Part shown: positions 36,229 through 46,966 of the stretch, piece by piece
How the letters are laid out: the number at the start of each line of letters is the position of its first letter
How positions within the stretch are numbered: position 1 is the first letter of the stretch
Source: Myxococcales bacterium
Lineage (GTDB): Bacteria > Myxococcota_A > UBA9042
DNA: 64,000 nucleotides
NCBI GenBank assembly: GCA_037441385.1
Contig: JBBISH010000004.1
Location: 32,001 to 96,000, forward strand
Direction of reading: 5' to 3'
Notes under the pieces: model-generated
Databases searched by the model: none
What the model was told of the DNA's origin: nothing
What the model saw: only the letters and a program-made list of their open reading frames with translations
Program-made: the position numbers and the translations under genes

Positions 36229-38835
36229 TCACAGACGGCCGCGGATACCCACGGTCGGCAACACGTAGCGGATGAAACTGCCCGCCACCACTTCTTCGGG
36301 AAACAGCGTGATGTTGGTGACATCGACGTAGAAGTCGAACAGCCACTTGTTGTAGACGGCGCGTTTGTCCACGCGCATGTCGATGCGGAAATAGCCCTCT
36401 GTGCGGGCGGTGTTGTAGCCGTAGGTGGTGGTGGTGGGCTTGCCGCTCTGGTACTGCAGGCGCACGCCCAGATCCCAGTTGCGCGGCAGCGGCATCCCTG
36501 CGACCACATTGAGCAAGTGCGTCCGATCGAAGTCGTAGGGCACCCACTCGCCTTGCCGCTGACGTTCAGACAGCGACAACGTGTAGGCGAGCCAGCCGTA
36601 GAGACCCGTCTTGGACTGCCGGCGCAGCATGAATTCCGTGCCGTACGAGCGCCCCAGCTGCGGCGTATACAGGTTTTGCTGCAAACGCTGCGCCGCCGAG
36701 GTCGTGTCGGGGTTGGGGATCTCGCCGGGCATCGTCGTGGGCGCCAGCTTGGCCACCGAGCTTTGGTTGATCGACAAGTCAAAGACCACGGGATTCATGT
36801 CGTTGTAGTAGGCCTCGACCGTCAGGCCCACGCCGCTCGCCACCGGGATCTCGGCGCCGATGCTGGTCTGGACGGCCTTGAGCAGCCCGTACTTGAGCGG
36901 CATGGTGTCCAAGCCTGGAATCGGCAAAAAGAACCGCGGTGGCTGGTGGTAGACGCCGCTGCCGCCCTTGATCCAGACCGAGCGGGCGTCCGAGCCGGCC
37001 GTGGCGGTGACGCCATCGGGCAGGCCCAAGTCCATCAGGCGGTAGCGGGCGGTCAAGCGCGGGTCGAAGGCGCCGATCGAGGCCGAGCCGTCCGTGCGGT
37101 AGTCGTAGCGCACACCCGGCCGGATCAGCCAGTTCTTGGTGGGTCGGTACAGCGCCTCGGCAAGGCCAGCAAAAAGACTGGTACTTTTGATATCATCGAC
37201 AAATGAATTGCCCAGACCCTGGGAGCCTGTGGTCGCCGCCTGCGACACCTGTTGCTGCGTGTAATGCCAGAAACCTTCCAGACCTGCGGTGGTGGTGAGC
37301 TGCTCGCTCGGTCGCCAGTGCCAGCGCGCGCTGGGCTCGACCACCCAGGTGGTCACACCGTTGGCCGAGCCGAACAGGCTGTCGTCGTAGCCGGTGACCA
37401 GGCGATAGGTGAAGTCATGCTGGCCCTGGCCATTTTGCCCGCGCAAGTCCAAGCGATGGAAGGCCAATTTGAGCGAGGGCTCCAGTGGCGGATTCGCGAC
37501 GCTCTCGTAGCCGGCCTTGGGTGTGCTGACCGTGTCGCTGGCGCCAAAGGCAAAGATCGTATAGCCGTTGCGGGCATTGCCGCCGTCGAACCGCAGCTGG
37601 TAGTCCCAGTAGGCCAGCGAGGCCTGATCGGTGGCCAGGCTCATCAAGAAGCCGGGATAGCCCCAACGCCCCGCCGCCGTCGCCGTGCCGCCCAGCGCCG
37701 GGATCGGCTGGCGCACCAAGGCCCCGGTCTGCAGCAGGTTCATGTCCACGTCGATCAGGTGCTCGTCACTGCGGGCGCGGCGGGTCCGACCGTCGATGAT
37801 GCCGGCGGTATAGCCGCCGTAGAGCACCGGTGCGCCGCCAGGATAGAATTGAATTTCGTCGATGAACTCAGGATGAATCACCGACGGCCCAGCGAGCATG
37901 TGGTAGAGCAGCGGCACCCGCGTGCCATCGATCAAGTAGCCCGTGCTGCCGGGACTGGCGCCGCGCACCACCGGAAACGGCAACAGCGACATGATCGACG
38001 CAACGCCCGGCAAGGCCTGCACCACCCGGAACGGATCGCCAAAGGTACCAGGAACTTGGCGGATCTCGGGCCCGCGCAGCGTGACGCGCGACAGCTCTTC
38101 GCGGCGCTGATCGCCGTAGACCATGATCTCGTAGGGATCGTAGCGCTCGCGCTCGACGAAATAGGCGACGCCGACGTCTTGGTTGTCGCCGACGGTCTCG
38201 TACTGGAGGAATGCCTTGTAGCCTACGGCGTGGACGCGGACCTCGACCTTGCCCGGTGGCAGCGCGATGCGGAACCGACCGCGCAGGTCGGCATCGGTCT
38301 CGTACACTTGGCCGCCCACCTTGGCCGAGAGCGTCGCGCCCTGTACCGGTCCGCGGGTGCCCTTTTCGACCAGCCTGCCGTGCAACATCGCGGTCATCGC
38401 CGGGCCACCGGGCTTTTGCGGCACCACCCGCGGCGGCGGGCGCGGCACAAAGGTGTGGGTGTAGCTGATGGCGACGGCCACGGGCTTGCCACCGTAGCGG
38501 GCTGGCTTGAAGACCCATTTCTGAGCGGCATCCAGCACGGCCTGATCGAACGGCGGCTGCGGTTCGCTCAGCAGCTCGACCTTCTTGACCGTGCCTTCGG
38601 CGGTCACCGTGATGCGCACCCGGACCACGACGGGCTGACTGATCTGCGTCACGCCGGCCGGCAGATCGATGGCTGTCGACGTCGCCGGCTTGGGCGGATC
38701 GAGCACCGGCTTGGCCTCGGCCGTAGACGTCGCAGCGGCAGGCAGCGGCGCAGCCTCGTCCGCTCCAGCCGGGCCGGCAAGGAGCAACATGCTCACACAG
38801 GCATACAACAGCCTAGTCAGGGTTCTTAGCGCCAT
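36229..38835 (-). CDS. TonB-dependent receptor with N-terminal TonB_C domain
   Basis: Signal peptide; TonB_C (FDQAVLDAAQKWVFKPA); plug PGTFGDPFRVVQALPGV; barrel motifs GWLAYTLS, DRTH, RIDMRVDK. Confidence 0.88.
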   Translation of the reverse strand: MALRTLTRLLYACVSMLLLAGPAGADEAAPLPAAATSTAEAKPVLDPPKPATSTAIDLPAGVTQISQPVVVRVRITVTAEGTVKKVELLSEPQPPFDQAVLDAAQKWVFKPARYGGKPVAVAISYTHTFVPRPPPRVVPQKPGGPAMTAMLHGRLVEKGTRGPVQGATLSAKVGGQVYETDADLRGRFRIALPPGKVEVRVHAVGYKAFLQYETVGDNQDVGVAYFVERERYDPYEIMVYGDQRREELSRVTLRGPEIRQVPGTFGDPFRVVQALPGVASIMSLLPFPVVRGASPGSTGYLIDGTRVPLLYHMLAGPSVIHPEFIDEIQFYPGGAPVLYGGYTAGIIDGRTRRARSDEHLIDVDMNLLQTGALVRQPIPALGGTATAAGRWGYPGFLMSLATDQASLAYWDYQLRFDGGNARNGYTIFAFGASDTVSTPKAGYESVANPPLEPSLKLAFHRLDLRGQNGQGQHDFTYRLVTGYDDSLFGSANGVTTWVVEPSARWHWRPSEQLTTTAGLEGFWHYTQQQVSQAATTGSQGLGNSFVDDIKSTSLFAGLAEALYRPTKNWLIRPGVRYDYRTDGSASIGAFDPRLTARYRLMDLGLPDGVTATAGSDARSVWIKGGSGVYHQPPRFFLPIPGLDTMPLKYGLLKAVQTSIGAEIPVASGVGLTVEAYYNDMNPVVFDLSINQSSVAKLAPTTMPGEIPNPDTTSAAQRLQQNLYTPQLGRSYGTEFMLRRQSKTGLYGWLAYTLSLSERQRQGEWVPYDFDRTHLLNVVAGMPLPRNWDLGVRLQYQSGKPTTTTYGYNTARTEGYFRIDMRVDKRAVYNKWLFDFYVDVTNITLFPEEVVAGSFIRYVLPTVGIRGRL

Positions 38836-39626
38836 CCGACCACCCATCCCAGGCTGCCACCGTAATGGGGCCACCACTGGCGGCGCGTGATCGGTTGCCC
38901 GGTGTCGGTCTCGATGTTGACGGCGGTTTCGACGCAGGCGGTCCACTGGCCGTCGACCTGGGCGGTGGCGCCGGTGGTGAGCATCGGCCCCAAGACGAAC
39001 AGGTACTCGGCGCGCAGCAGCGCCGCGACGCCGGTGCCCGAGCACGACGACACGGGCGGGTAGGTCTTGGTCATGGTGTACGAGGAGGCCAGGACCTTGA
39101 GCTGGTCGGCGTTGGGTTCTTGGCGCCCCGACCGGCCTTCGGTGATGCCAGCAAAGCCGAAACCCATCGCCAGTTGCAGGTTGTCGGTCACGTGCCAGGT
39201 GGGATCGAGGGTGCCGGTCCAGCGCAATCCGGCAAGGCCGGTGCTGGACGTGCCGTAGCCGCTCGATACGGGCGCGGCGGCAACCGACCCATAGGCAAAA
39301 TTCATCAGCAGGGACCAGTCTTGATCGACCCGCAGACCAAAGCGGATCACGACGCCGTTGCCGCGACCGCCCGGCGCGCCCGACAAGCCGTACAGCCAGC
39401 CATAGTCCCAGCCAAGGAGGATGCGGAACCCCGTTGATTTCCAGGCTTGGCGGTCCGACTCGGTCGGCAGGCTAAGCTTGATCTCCAAGTCGTCGTCTTT
39501 GTCGGGCGACGCCGCCGCCGGGGCGTCCACCGCCGTCGCGGCCGCAGCAGGCGCCACGTCCTCGGCCCAGGCCGGTCCGGTCGCGAGCAGGCCCGCAGCC
39601 AGCAGCATGGAGATGGCCAACTTCAT
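38826..39626 (-). CDS. Exported hypothetical protein, possible small outer-membrane beta-barrel
   Basis: Signal peptide; alternating aromatic strands; C-terminal LGWVVGWR; ATGA-coupled to the upstream gene. Confidence 0.65.
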   Translation of the reverse strand: MKLAISMLLAAGLLATGPAWAEDVAPAAAATAVDAPAAASPDKDDDLEIKLSLPTESDRQAWKSTGFRILLGWDYGWLYGLSGAPGGRGNGVVIRFGLRVDQDWSLLMNFAYGSVAAAPVSSGYGTSSTGLAGLRWTGTLDPTWHVTDNLQLAMGFGFAGITEGRSGRQEPNADQLKVLASSYTMTKTYPPVSSCSGTGVAALLRAEYLFVLGPMLTTGATAQVDGQWTACVETAVNIETDTGQPITRRQWWPHYGGSLGWVVGWR

Positions 39627-40777
39627 TTGGTCTTTGGCTCCGGGAAGGCTTCGCATGGCCACCAAGCCGGTGGCACTTTGCTGACATCCCAATCGGGCTC
39701 TTTGCACGTTGCGCTGTTCTGGCAGCCCTTGAGCAAAATGTGGCCGACGGCTTTGCACTCGCCGGGCACGCCCGTGTAGACCAAGTGATTCTTGTCGACA
39801 CAGGCCCAGTGGGCAGGCGGTGACCAGAATTTTTCGGCCTGGCGATAGCGGACGGCGCCTTGGCGACAGATGACGTCGCGGACGGCAGGCGTGGGACCGG
39901 CGGCCAAGTCGACAACGTGGTCGGCGATGGGACTGTACGCGCAGGTCGCTTTGGCGGGCGAACCCTCTACGTCCTGCCAGGTGAAACCTTGCGGCGGGTC
40001 GCTGCAGCCCACCGTGGGGTAGAAGAGCTTGGCGAGGTTCCACTGCCCTTCGCGAACCATCAGGCGCGTGCTGGACTTTGCCATCGACAAGAAGCTGGCG
40101 GCGTAGACGAAGTCTTCTTTGACCTGCTTGGGGCCGCCCATCATGCCGCCAGGACCGCCGCCCTGGCCACCCCCCGGCCCGCCGCCGTCGCCCATTTCGT
40201 CCGACGAGGTAGTGGCTCGCGGCAACTGCGCCTGCAGCAAGCCCAAAGTGGCGCTCTGATCGCGGTCGTCGTAGACGACCACCGTGGCAATAGCGGCCCG
40301 GTCGCCCGGCAAACCGACGAAGACGTTGGCCACGGGCAGTTCGTCAAACACGATTTCGGCTGTCTCGCCGGGCTTGATCGGCACCGACGGGCCAAACGCG
40401 CCGCCCTGCACGCCACCACCGCCTCCACCACCACCGCCCGATGCGTACGGCGCCACAGAAAACACGTCGGTGCAGCCGGCGGCGGCCACGGCGGTTTGCG
40501 AGGCGTCCAGCGGCTCGCCCACGCCCAGGCTGGCCTGGTAGGCCTGAAGGCAGAAAAGGTCGGGCGACGGTAGGCCAAGCCAGACCACGGCGGCGCGCAA
40601 ATGCTGCGGCCCGGGCGGGCTGCCCGGAGTCGGCGCAGGGGCAAAGATGGCTGGATCGTTGGTCAAATGCACACGGATGCGGCCAACGGTCTGCGACGTG
40701 TCGGTCAGGGCCAGAGTACCCTGGTCGCAGGCCGCCAGGACGGTCACCGCAGCGGCGGCCCAATGCAGCAACCTCAT
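39623..40777 (-). CDS. Hypothetical Cys- and Gly-rich lipoprotein
   Basis: Lipobox VLAAC; poly-Gly linkers; C-terminal Cys cluster and PAWWPC; ATGA overlaps at both ends. Confidence 0.7.
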   Translation of the reverse strand: MRLLHWAAAAVTVLAACDQGTLALTDTSQTVGRIRVHLTNDPAIFAPAPTPGSPPGPQHLRAAVVWLGLPSPDLFCLQAYQASLGVGEPLDASQTAVAAAGCTDVFSVAPYASGGGGGGGGGVQGGAFGPSVPIKPGETAEIVFDELPVANVFVGLPGDRAAIATVVVYDDRDQSATLGLLQAQLPRATTSSDEMGDGGGPGGGQGGGPGGMMGGPKQVKEDFVYAASFLSMAKSSTRLMVREGQWNLAKLFYPTVGCSDPPQGFTWQDVEGSPAKATCAYSPIADHVVDLAAGPTPAVRDVICRQGAVRYRQAEKFWSPPAHWACVDKNHLVYTGVPGECKAVGHILLKGCQNSATCKEPDWDVSKVPPAWWPCEAFPEPKTK

Positions 40778-41454
40778 GGCAGCCACCCCGCGGCCAAGCT
40801 CGCCGTAAACCCAAGATCGGGCTGGCCATCGCGCAGGTGGAAAGCCGGGCCGATCAGGACGGTGGCCCCCCAACCGGCATAGACCGGCAATTGCACACCC
40901 AGCCGCAGGTCCGCGGCGGGCAAGGCCGCCCAAGCCGAACTGGTCGTCGCGACGTTGAGTTGGCTGAGCCGGCTGGCCTGGGCACGGGCGCGATGCTCGT
41001 ACAGGGCCGTTACACCGGCTCCCACTTGCACAATCAAGCGCGCCCGACCCGCATAGGCCTGCAGGCCGGCCAGCGCCCGCGCGCGGAATTCGTCGTGCGT
41101 CACCGCCCACGAGGGGCTGTATTCGGTGGCGCGGACCCAGCCAAGCTCGGCGCCCCACACCACGGTGTCGCCGCGAATCACGCGCACGCTGGGGCCCATG
41201 GCCAGCCCCGTACCCAAGGCGGCCGGAGAAGCTGCCACCACGGACAAGTCGGCAGCAGCCCACGCGGTGGTTGGCGCGGGTGAAGTGGCTGGGGTGGCCG
41301 CATCGGCGGTCGCGACGGCATCGGCGGGATCGGCGCACGCTGCGTAGGGAGCCAGCAGACCCGCCGCGAGCAGGATCACCGCCACACGGTTGGCCACAGG
41401 CGGGCGATGCCGTAGCCAAGCGACCTTCGCGGCCAGCATCCTGCAAGCGAGCAT
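40774..41454 (-). CDS. Exported hypothetical protein, possible outer-membrane beta-barrel
   Basis: Hydrophobic N-terminal segment; amphipathic strands ending GFTASLAAGWLP; first gene of the TonB cluster. Start uncertain. Confidence 0.6.
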   Translation of the reverse strand: MLACRMLAAKVAWLRHRPPVANRVAVILLAAGLLAPYAACADPADAVATADAATPATSPAPTTAWAAADLSVVAASPAALGTGLAMGPSVRVIRGDTVVWGAELGWVRATEYSPSWAVTHDEFRARALAGLQAYAGRARLIVQVGAGVTALYEHRARAQASRLSQLNVATTSSAWAALPAADLRLGVQLPVYAGWGATVLIGPAFHLRDGQPDLGFTASLAAGWLP

Positions 41455-41664
41455 CGTGCCTCGACCATGGCCGCGCGTCTGCCCGGCCGGTCCGCCACAA
41501 TGGCGCTCACCGCACGCTGGGTCAAGTGGGCGCTGGCCTACCAGGCCCGTATTGACACTTCTTCGCGACGCAATCGGCACAGGGCGTGACGCAGCCGCGA
41601 CACGACTGGCTAGGCGACCAAGGCGGCGACTGCGATACTGGCGGCAACTGGCCGGGCGGGCGCG

Positions 41665-42393
41665 ATGACCTTTGCAGACCACCAAAATCTCAACGGCGAG
41701 CCTTGTCAAAACTGTCCGTCGCGTGCGTACAGTGAATTTGCTGATTTGTCGTACGAGTGTGCCTGCGACATGGAGCGGGCCCGCAGCCGCGTGCGCGCCG
41801 AGCCCGGCACACGCATCGCAACGCAAGGGGCAGTTTCTACAGCGCTCTATTTTGTGACCGACGGCATGGTGGGTCTGTGGCGAACCGACGTCAATGGCAA
41901 GCGGACCCTGGTGCGCCTGGTCCACGCCGGTCAAAGCCTGGAGTACCTGTGCCCGCTTGAGAAACCGTGCCCGTATGACGCCATCGCCATCAGCACCACC
42001 ATGATGTGCCGAATCGACGGCTCGTTCATGAACCACGCGGCGCGCGACGTGCCGGCGTTGGCGGTGCAGCTGTTGGACCACGCCCGCGAAGACCTGCAAG
42101 ACGCGTACGAAATGCTGCTGGCACGCAACACGCGCACCGTACGGGCGCGAGTGGCCGCACTGCTGGTCGACCTAGCGAGCCGTTACGGCCGCAAGGGGCT
42201 GCGCGGCATCGAATTGGAGCTGCGCCTGTCGCGCCGCGACATTGCTGAGCTGGTGGGGGCGCGGGTCGAAACGGTGGTGCGCGCCATTGGCGAGCTGGAG
42301 GCCGAGAACTTGGTCAAAGTGTCCGGCAAGCGCATGGTGATCTTGGGCGCCGATGCCTTGGCCGAGGCTGCCCGAGAGTCGCCGCCGGCCTGA
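41665..42393 (+). CDS. Crp/Fnr family transcriptional regulator with N-terminal Cys cluster
   Basis: CQNC..., cNMP-like domain (LYFVTDGMVGL), HTH LSRRDIAELVGARVETVVRAI. Confidence 0.9.
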   Translation: MTFADHQNLNGEPCQNCPSRAYSEFADLSYECACDMERARSRVRAEPGTRIATQGAVSTALYFVTDGMVGLWRTDVNGKRTLVRLVHAGQSLEYLCPLEKPCPYDAIAISTTMMCRIDGSFMNHAARDVPALAVQLLDHAREDLQDAYEMLLARNTRTVRARVAALLVDLASRYGRKGLRGIELELRLSRRDIAELVGARVETVVRAIGELEAENLVKVSGKRMVILGADALAEAARESPPA

Positions 42394-42586
42394 GCCAAAC
42401 CCGCACGAAGCCCCCGTTTGGGCACGGCATTGGGGCGCCAGAGCGGCCCCATGCACCAAGATCGCGCTCGCGGCGCGGGGATTGCTGTGGTTGGTGCATT
42501 GCCGACCAAGGTAAACTGGTCTACCCTTCGACCAGCCATGGGGGGCGGCAGTTCAAAGGCGCGCACGGCGTGCCAGTGAGGGTTCC

Positions 42587-43381
42587 GTGACAACGGTGCG
42601 CAGCCATACTGTGCTGGTCGTTGACGACGATCCTGTGGTGCGACGCGTGGTTGCACTGCAAGTCGAGCAGCTTGGCCACCGCGTGCTCGAGGCGAACTCG
42701 GGGCGCATGGCGCTGGCGACGATTGCCGAACAGCCGGTCGACGCCGTGCTCCTCGACGTCATCATGCCCGACATGAGCGGCCTGGACGTGCTGCACCGCA
42801 TCAAGGCCGACCGCCGGACCGAGAGCCTGCCGGTGCTGATCATGACCGGGCTGGCCGACCAAGATCTGCGCCTGTCCGCGCTGGGTCTGGGCGCTGAAGA
42901 GTTGTTGTCCAAGCCCGTGGATCGCCTGGAACTGGGCGCGCGCCTTCGGAACATCTTGAAACTGAAGACCCTGGTCGACCTGCTGGCCAAGCAATCGGGC
43001 TCGGGCGGTGCGGTCTCTGCGCTGGCCGAGCAGGACCAGCTCGACGCGTCGTCGTGGCGGGCGCTGCAACAAGTCCTGGCCGGGCCACAAGACAAGCTCC
43101 AAGCGCCGCGCATCTTGCGGCTAGACGGAGACGGCCGCGTGGCCAGTCACGATGGCCGCAGTAGCCACCTGTCCGAACACGCGACGGATCTGCTGGGGCG
43201 CGACCGGCTGGTGTCGGCGCTCGCGGCGCTGCGGCAAGGCGGCACGCAGCAAGTGGAAGTATCGCTTACGAATTTGGGGAAGTGTACGGTGCGACTGGCC
43301 GCGGTGTTCGTGCCAGCCGGCCTGGGCGAACGGCGCGCGGCGACCGTGGCCGTCATCTATCCCGTAGAGGGCCGAACCTGA
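42587..43381 (+). CDS. Response regulator (REC domain plus unassigned C-terminal domain)
   Basis: VLVVDDD, LLDVIMPDMSG, VLIMTG, LSKPVD. Confidence 0.85.
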   Translation: MTTVRSHTVLVVDDDPVVRRVVALQVEQLGHRVLEANSGRMALATIAEQPVDAVLLDVIMPDMSGLDVLHRIKADRRTESLPVLIMTGLADQDLRLSALGLGAEELLSKPVDRLELGARLRNILKLKTLVDLLAKQSGSGGAVSALAEQDQLDASSWRALQQVLAGPQDKLQAPRILRLDGDGRVASHDGRSSHLSEHATDLLGRDRLVSALAALRQGGTQQVEVSLTNLGKCTVRLAAVFVPAGLGERRAATVAVIYPVEGRT

Positions 43382-43462
43382 TCTCTGCGAGCGCGTGCGG
43401 CGAGGTGAAGCGCCGAGTTCGCCGGCTCGGACGTGCGGAGAAAGCCTGAATTGTTCAGCTCT

Positions 43463-45904
43463 CTAGCTGTCGAGTTCCTTCACGACGACGGGCACCGCCT
43501 GCAGCGCGGCCCCAAGCACCTGCTCCAGAACCAGCGCGAGTTCGCGGGCATTCGGGTCGTTTGCACGCAACGCTTCGTCCAGCTTGGCGGCGGCATCGCG
43601 CACCCCAGGCATCCCCAGCATACCCGCCACGCCTTTGATCGAGTGAGCTTCGCGTTGCGCTTCGCGCAGTTCCTTGCCCTCGTCGATTTGCCGCAGCAGC
43701 TTCTGGCAGGCATCCTTGTACTGATCGGCAAAGCGCAACAGCATTTCGCGCAGCAGCGAGGTGCGGCCGCCGGTAAAGCGCATGGCCGTCTCGACATCGA
43801 TCGAGTCGGACCACGTGCCTTGGGTGGGCAGCGGCCGCGCTTCAGTGGGGCGCGTGCGCCGGCGCGGCAGGTCCGCCAGGGTGCGGAACAGCGTATCGGG
43901 CTCGACCGGCTTGGCGATGTGCGCCACCATCCCGGCCGCGCGGCAACGGTCGCGTTCATCGGCCAGCGCATGGGCGGTCATGGCGACAATCGGCAGGTCG
44001 TCGTAGCGCGAGTCGGCGCGGATCGCCTTGGTGGCTTGGTAGCCGTCCAAGACCGGCATCTGCAAGTCCATCAAGATCACGTCGAAGCTGTTGGCCCCCA
44101 GCATGGCCAAGTTGTCCAGCGCTTCCTGACCATGGGCCGCGGTCGTCACGCGAACCCCAGCGTTGGTAAGGAGTTCCACGGCGATATCGCGGTTGATGGC
44201 ATTGTCCTCGACCAGCATGACGCTCAGGTCGCGCAGCTGCGGCCACTCGGTGTCGCCCGCAACGGTATCCACCGCGCGCTCGCCCGAGCACAAATCCAGC
44301 ACGGCATCAAGCAGTTGACTGGCGTGGATCGGCTTGGCCAACACCCGCGAGACGCCTAGCTCGGCGGTCGCCGCCCGCACATCGTCCGTCCCGTAGGCGG
44401 TCACGGTGGCCATCGGCGGCATGGAAGTGCCTTCCGGCACGGCGCTTTGCAGCAGACGGACCGCGTCAGCGCCGCTGGTGCCGGGCAGCTTCCAGTCGAC
44501 CAGCAGTAGACCGTAGGGATCGTGCTGCTCGATGGCCGCGGTCAGCGCTTTGGCGCCAGGCTCGGCAGACTCGAATTCGTCGACCCGCAGGCCCCAGCCG
44601 CGCAGCAGATCGGCCAGCGTGGCGCGGGCCACGGCCGCGTCTTCGATCAGCAGGCAACGTAACCCATGGAGCGACCTAGACAATTGAGCAGGCGCCTGCA
44701 CTTGCTGGGCGGCAACGCCAAGCCAAACGGTGGCGTGGAAGGTGCTGCCCAGGCCGGCGGCCGTGTCGACCGTGACGTCGCCGTCCATCATGGCCACCAG
44801 CCGGCGCGTAATCGAGAGGCCCAGGCCGGTACCGCCGTAGCGGCGCGTGGTGGTGCCGTCGCCCTGTTCGAACGGTTGGAACAGCCTTTCGACCTGCTCG
44901 GGTCCCATGCCGATGCCGGTGTCGCGCACCGAAAATCGCAGCTTGACGCGGCCCGGCTGCTGCTCGATGTGGCGCGCCTGGATCGCCACTTCGCCGCGCT
45001 CGGTGAACTTGACGGCGTTGCTGACCAAGTTGACCAGGATCTGCTGCACACGCATCGGATCGCCGCACAGCGCCGCCGGCACCATCGGATCGATGTCAAA
45101 GGTAAGCTTCAGGCCCTTTTCGCTGGCGTTTTGCCCGTTGACCGTGGCGACATGGTCCAAGACATCGACCAAGTTGAACTCGACGTCTTCGAGGTTGAGG
45201 TGGCCGGCCTCGATCTTAGAGAAATCCAGGATGTCGTTGATGATCCCCAGCAGCGAACCGGCTGCGGCGTGCAGGCGCGTCTGGTACTGCATCTGGCGCT
45301 CGTCCAGCTGCGTCTTCAGCATCAAGTGCGACAGCCCCAGCACCGCATTCATCGGCGTGCGGATCTCGTGGCTCATGTTCGCCAGAAACATCGACTTGGC
45401 GCGCGCAGCGGCCTCGGCCAGCTCTTTGGCGTGCTGCAGTTCGCTGGTGCGGCGGGCGACCAGGCCCTCCAAGTTCTGCTGGTGATCACGCAACTCGCGA
45501 TTACGCCTGCGCAACTCGGCCATCAGCTCGCCGGCGGAACGCCAGACCAGCCGCCGACGCAGTGCATCGACCTCGGCCGGCGACAGCTCGGCGCGGCGGG
45601 GCGGCATGGGCCACGCTATCTCGGCCAGTTGGCGGGTCGCCTGCGACCACGGCGCCAGACTGACCACTTGGTCTTGCCCTGACCGCGGCCCGCGCAGCAC
45701 CAGCATCACACCGTGGCCACGGCGGTCCAATTCCAGCTCCCACGTGGTGCCGATCCCGGCACTTCGCGCCCACTGCGAGAACGCCAGCGCAAATTGCATC
45801 GCCGCGCGCCGGTCTTCGAGCAGGTCGGCCAGGACCGTGAACAGGTGGTGACGGATCTCGGGCAACAGCTCGATGTCGTCGAGGCGCATCTCGCCCAGCA
45901 GCAT
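43463..45904 (-). CDS. Cytoplasmic hybrid histidine kinase (HisKA-HATPase-REC-REC-HPt)
   Basis: [71 protein letters not shown]; no TM segments. Confidence 0.93.
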   Translation of the reverse strand: MLLGEMRLDDIELLPEIRHHLFTVLADLLEDRRAAMQFALAFSQWARSAGIGTTWELELDRRGHGVMLVLRGPRSGQDQVVSLAPWSQATRQLAEIAWPMPPRRAELSPAEVDALRRRLVWRSAGELMAELRRRNRELRDHQQNLEGLVARRTSELQHAKELAEAAARAKSMFLANMSHEIRTPMNAVLGLSHLMLKTQLDERQMQYQTRLHAAAGSLLGIINDILDFSKIEAGHLNLEDVEFNLVDVLDHVATVNGQNASEKGLKLTFDIDPMVPAALCGDPMRVQQILVNLVSNAVKFTERGEVAIQARHIEQQPGRVKLRFSVRDTGIGMGPEQVERLFQPFEQGDGTTTRRYGGTGLGLSITRRLVAMMDGDVTVDTAAGLGSTFHATVWLGVAAQQVQAPAQLSRSLHGLRCLLIEDAAVARATLADLLRGWGLRVDEFESAEPGAKALTAAIEQHDPYGLLLVDWKLPGTSGADAVRLLQSAVPEGTSMPPMATVTAYGTDDVRAATAELGVSRVLAKPIHASQLLDAVLDLCSGERAVDTVAGDTEWPQLRDLSVMLVEDNAINRDIAVELLTNAGVRVTTAAHGQEALDNLAMLGANSFDVILMDLQMPVLDGYQATKAIRADSRYDDLPIVAMTAHALADERDRCRAAGMVAHIAKPVEPDTLFRTLADLPRRRTRPTEARPLPTQGTWSDSIDVETAMRFTGGRTSLLREMLLRFADQYKDACQKLLRQIDEGKELREAQREAHSIKGVAGMLGMPGVRDAAAKLDEALRANDPNARELALVLEQVLGAALQAVPVVVKELDS

Positions 45905-46558
45905 CTAGAACCCCCTTGGGTCGGGCGCGATGTCGACCACCAGACAGGCCGCGTCGTCGTGCGGTCGGGCGTGCCCCTGGACAATGTGCTCCGCCAGGTC
46001 GGCGGCATTGGCGCGGCTGGGACGCATCAGCTCTTGCAGGGCCGACGAACGGATGCCGTCGGTCAGGCCGACAATGCGCATCGCGCCGCGCAGGCGAATC
46101 GGTGATCGCGGCAGGGCCGGCAGTGCCACCCCAAGCAAACCAGAAGCACTGGGAATACGTTGAAATTCTGGATACTGCACCACCCACACCACGTCGCCGA
46201 TGCATACGGCGTCCAGGGTGCCGTCGCGCAGATCCACGCGCAGCGCAGCGCCAACTGCGCCAAAGGTCCCGGCCAGTTGCATGTGCAGGTGCTGCAGCCA
46301 CGCCTGCGGCGTATCGTCGGCCAGGTACTGGAGCGTGCCCACCAACTCGTCCGCGCGCCGCGAGGCCTGATGCCCATGGCCCGCCGCATCAAAAAGCACA
46401 GCCATCACGGCATCTTGCCCAAATCGGCGCACCACGGCTCGGTCGCCCGTGGCCGTCTCGCCGCGGCACGGCAGCACATAGCTGGCCGTAGAGACCGTCC
46501 ATCGCGCCGGCGTCTGGACCGGATTGCCGTTGCCCGCTTCGCCCTTCATGCCATCCAT
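45905..46558 (-). CDS. rsbX: RsbX-like PP2C/SpoIIE phosphatase
   Basis: TGD, FDAAGHG, CIGD, LTDGI, HDDAACLVV motifs; position directly after rsbT. Confidence 0.75.
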   Translation of the reverse strand: MDGMKGEAGNGNPVQTPARWTVSTASYVLPCRGETATGDRAVVRRFGQDAVMAVLFDAAGHGHQASRRADELVGTLQYLADDTPQAWLQHLHMQLAGTFGAVGAALRVDLRDGTLDAVCIGDVVWVVQYPEFQRIPSASGLLGVALPALPRSPIRLRGAMRIVGLTDGIRSSALQELMRPSRANAADLAEHIVQGHARPHDDAACLVVDIAPDPRGF

Positions 46559-46959
46559 CGCCGCACTTTGATCGTGGTGCCCACGCCGGGCGCCGAGTCG
46601 ATGTGGAAGTCGTCGACCATCCGCCGCACGGCGGGCAGGCCCAAACCCAGGCCGCCGCCAGTGGAAAATCGCTCGGTCATCGCCGCGGCCACGTCGGCAA
46701 TGCCGGGGCCGCGGTCTTCGGCGGTGATCTCGACCATCACGCGCCGTTCCAGGTGGGTGACCACCACGGTGAGCAGGCCCGAGCCGGCATAGCGAACGAT
46801 GTTGTTCGACAGCTCCGAGGCCACCGTAACCATGCGCATCGACTCGGCATCACCGCAGCCGGCGTCTTGCAGCACGCGCCGCATGCCGCCCACCATCGCC
46901 GGCAAATCGGTCTCGCCCGTGAGCCGAAAGACGTTGCGGCTGATGGAGTTGCTATGCAT
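46546..46959 (-). CDS. rsbT: RsbT serine/threonine kinase (stressosome)
   Basis: TVASELSNNIVRYAGSG, DRGPGIAD, STGGGLGLGLPAVRRMVDDF. Confidence 0.9.
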   Translation of the reverse strand: MHSNSISRNVFRLTGETDLPAMVGGMRRVLQDAGCGDAESMRMVTVASELSNNIVRYAGSGLLTVVVTHLERRVMVEITAEDRGPGIADVAAAMTERFSTGGGLGLGLPAVRRMVDDFHIDSAPGVGTTIKVRRWMA

Positions 46960-46966
46960 CGCTTGG

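Noticed and set aside
40130..40440. Poly-Gly / GGC-rich tracts as contingency repeats
   Set aside because: They are in-frame, codon-varied low-complexity linkers, not slippage-prone perfect repeats.
42394..42586. Riboswitch upstream of the response regulator (several short stems such as ATGCACCAA/TTGGTGCAT)
   Set aside because: No recognisable aptamer consensus; short stems are expected by chance at this GC content.
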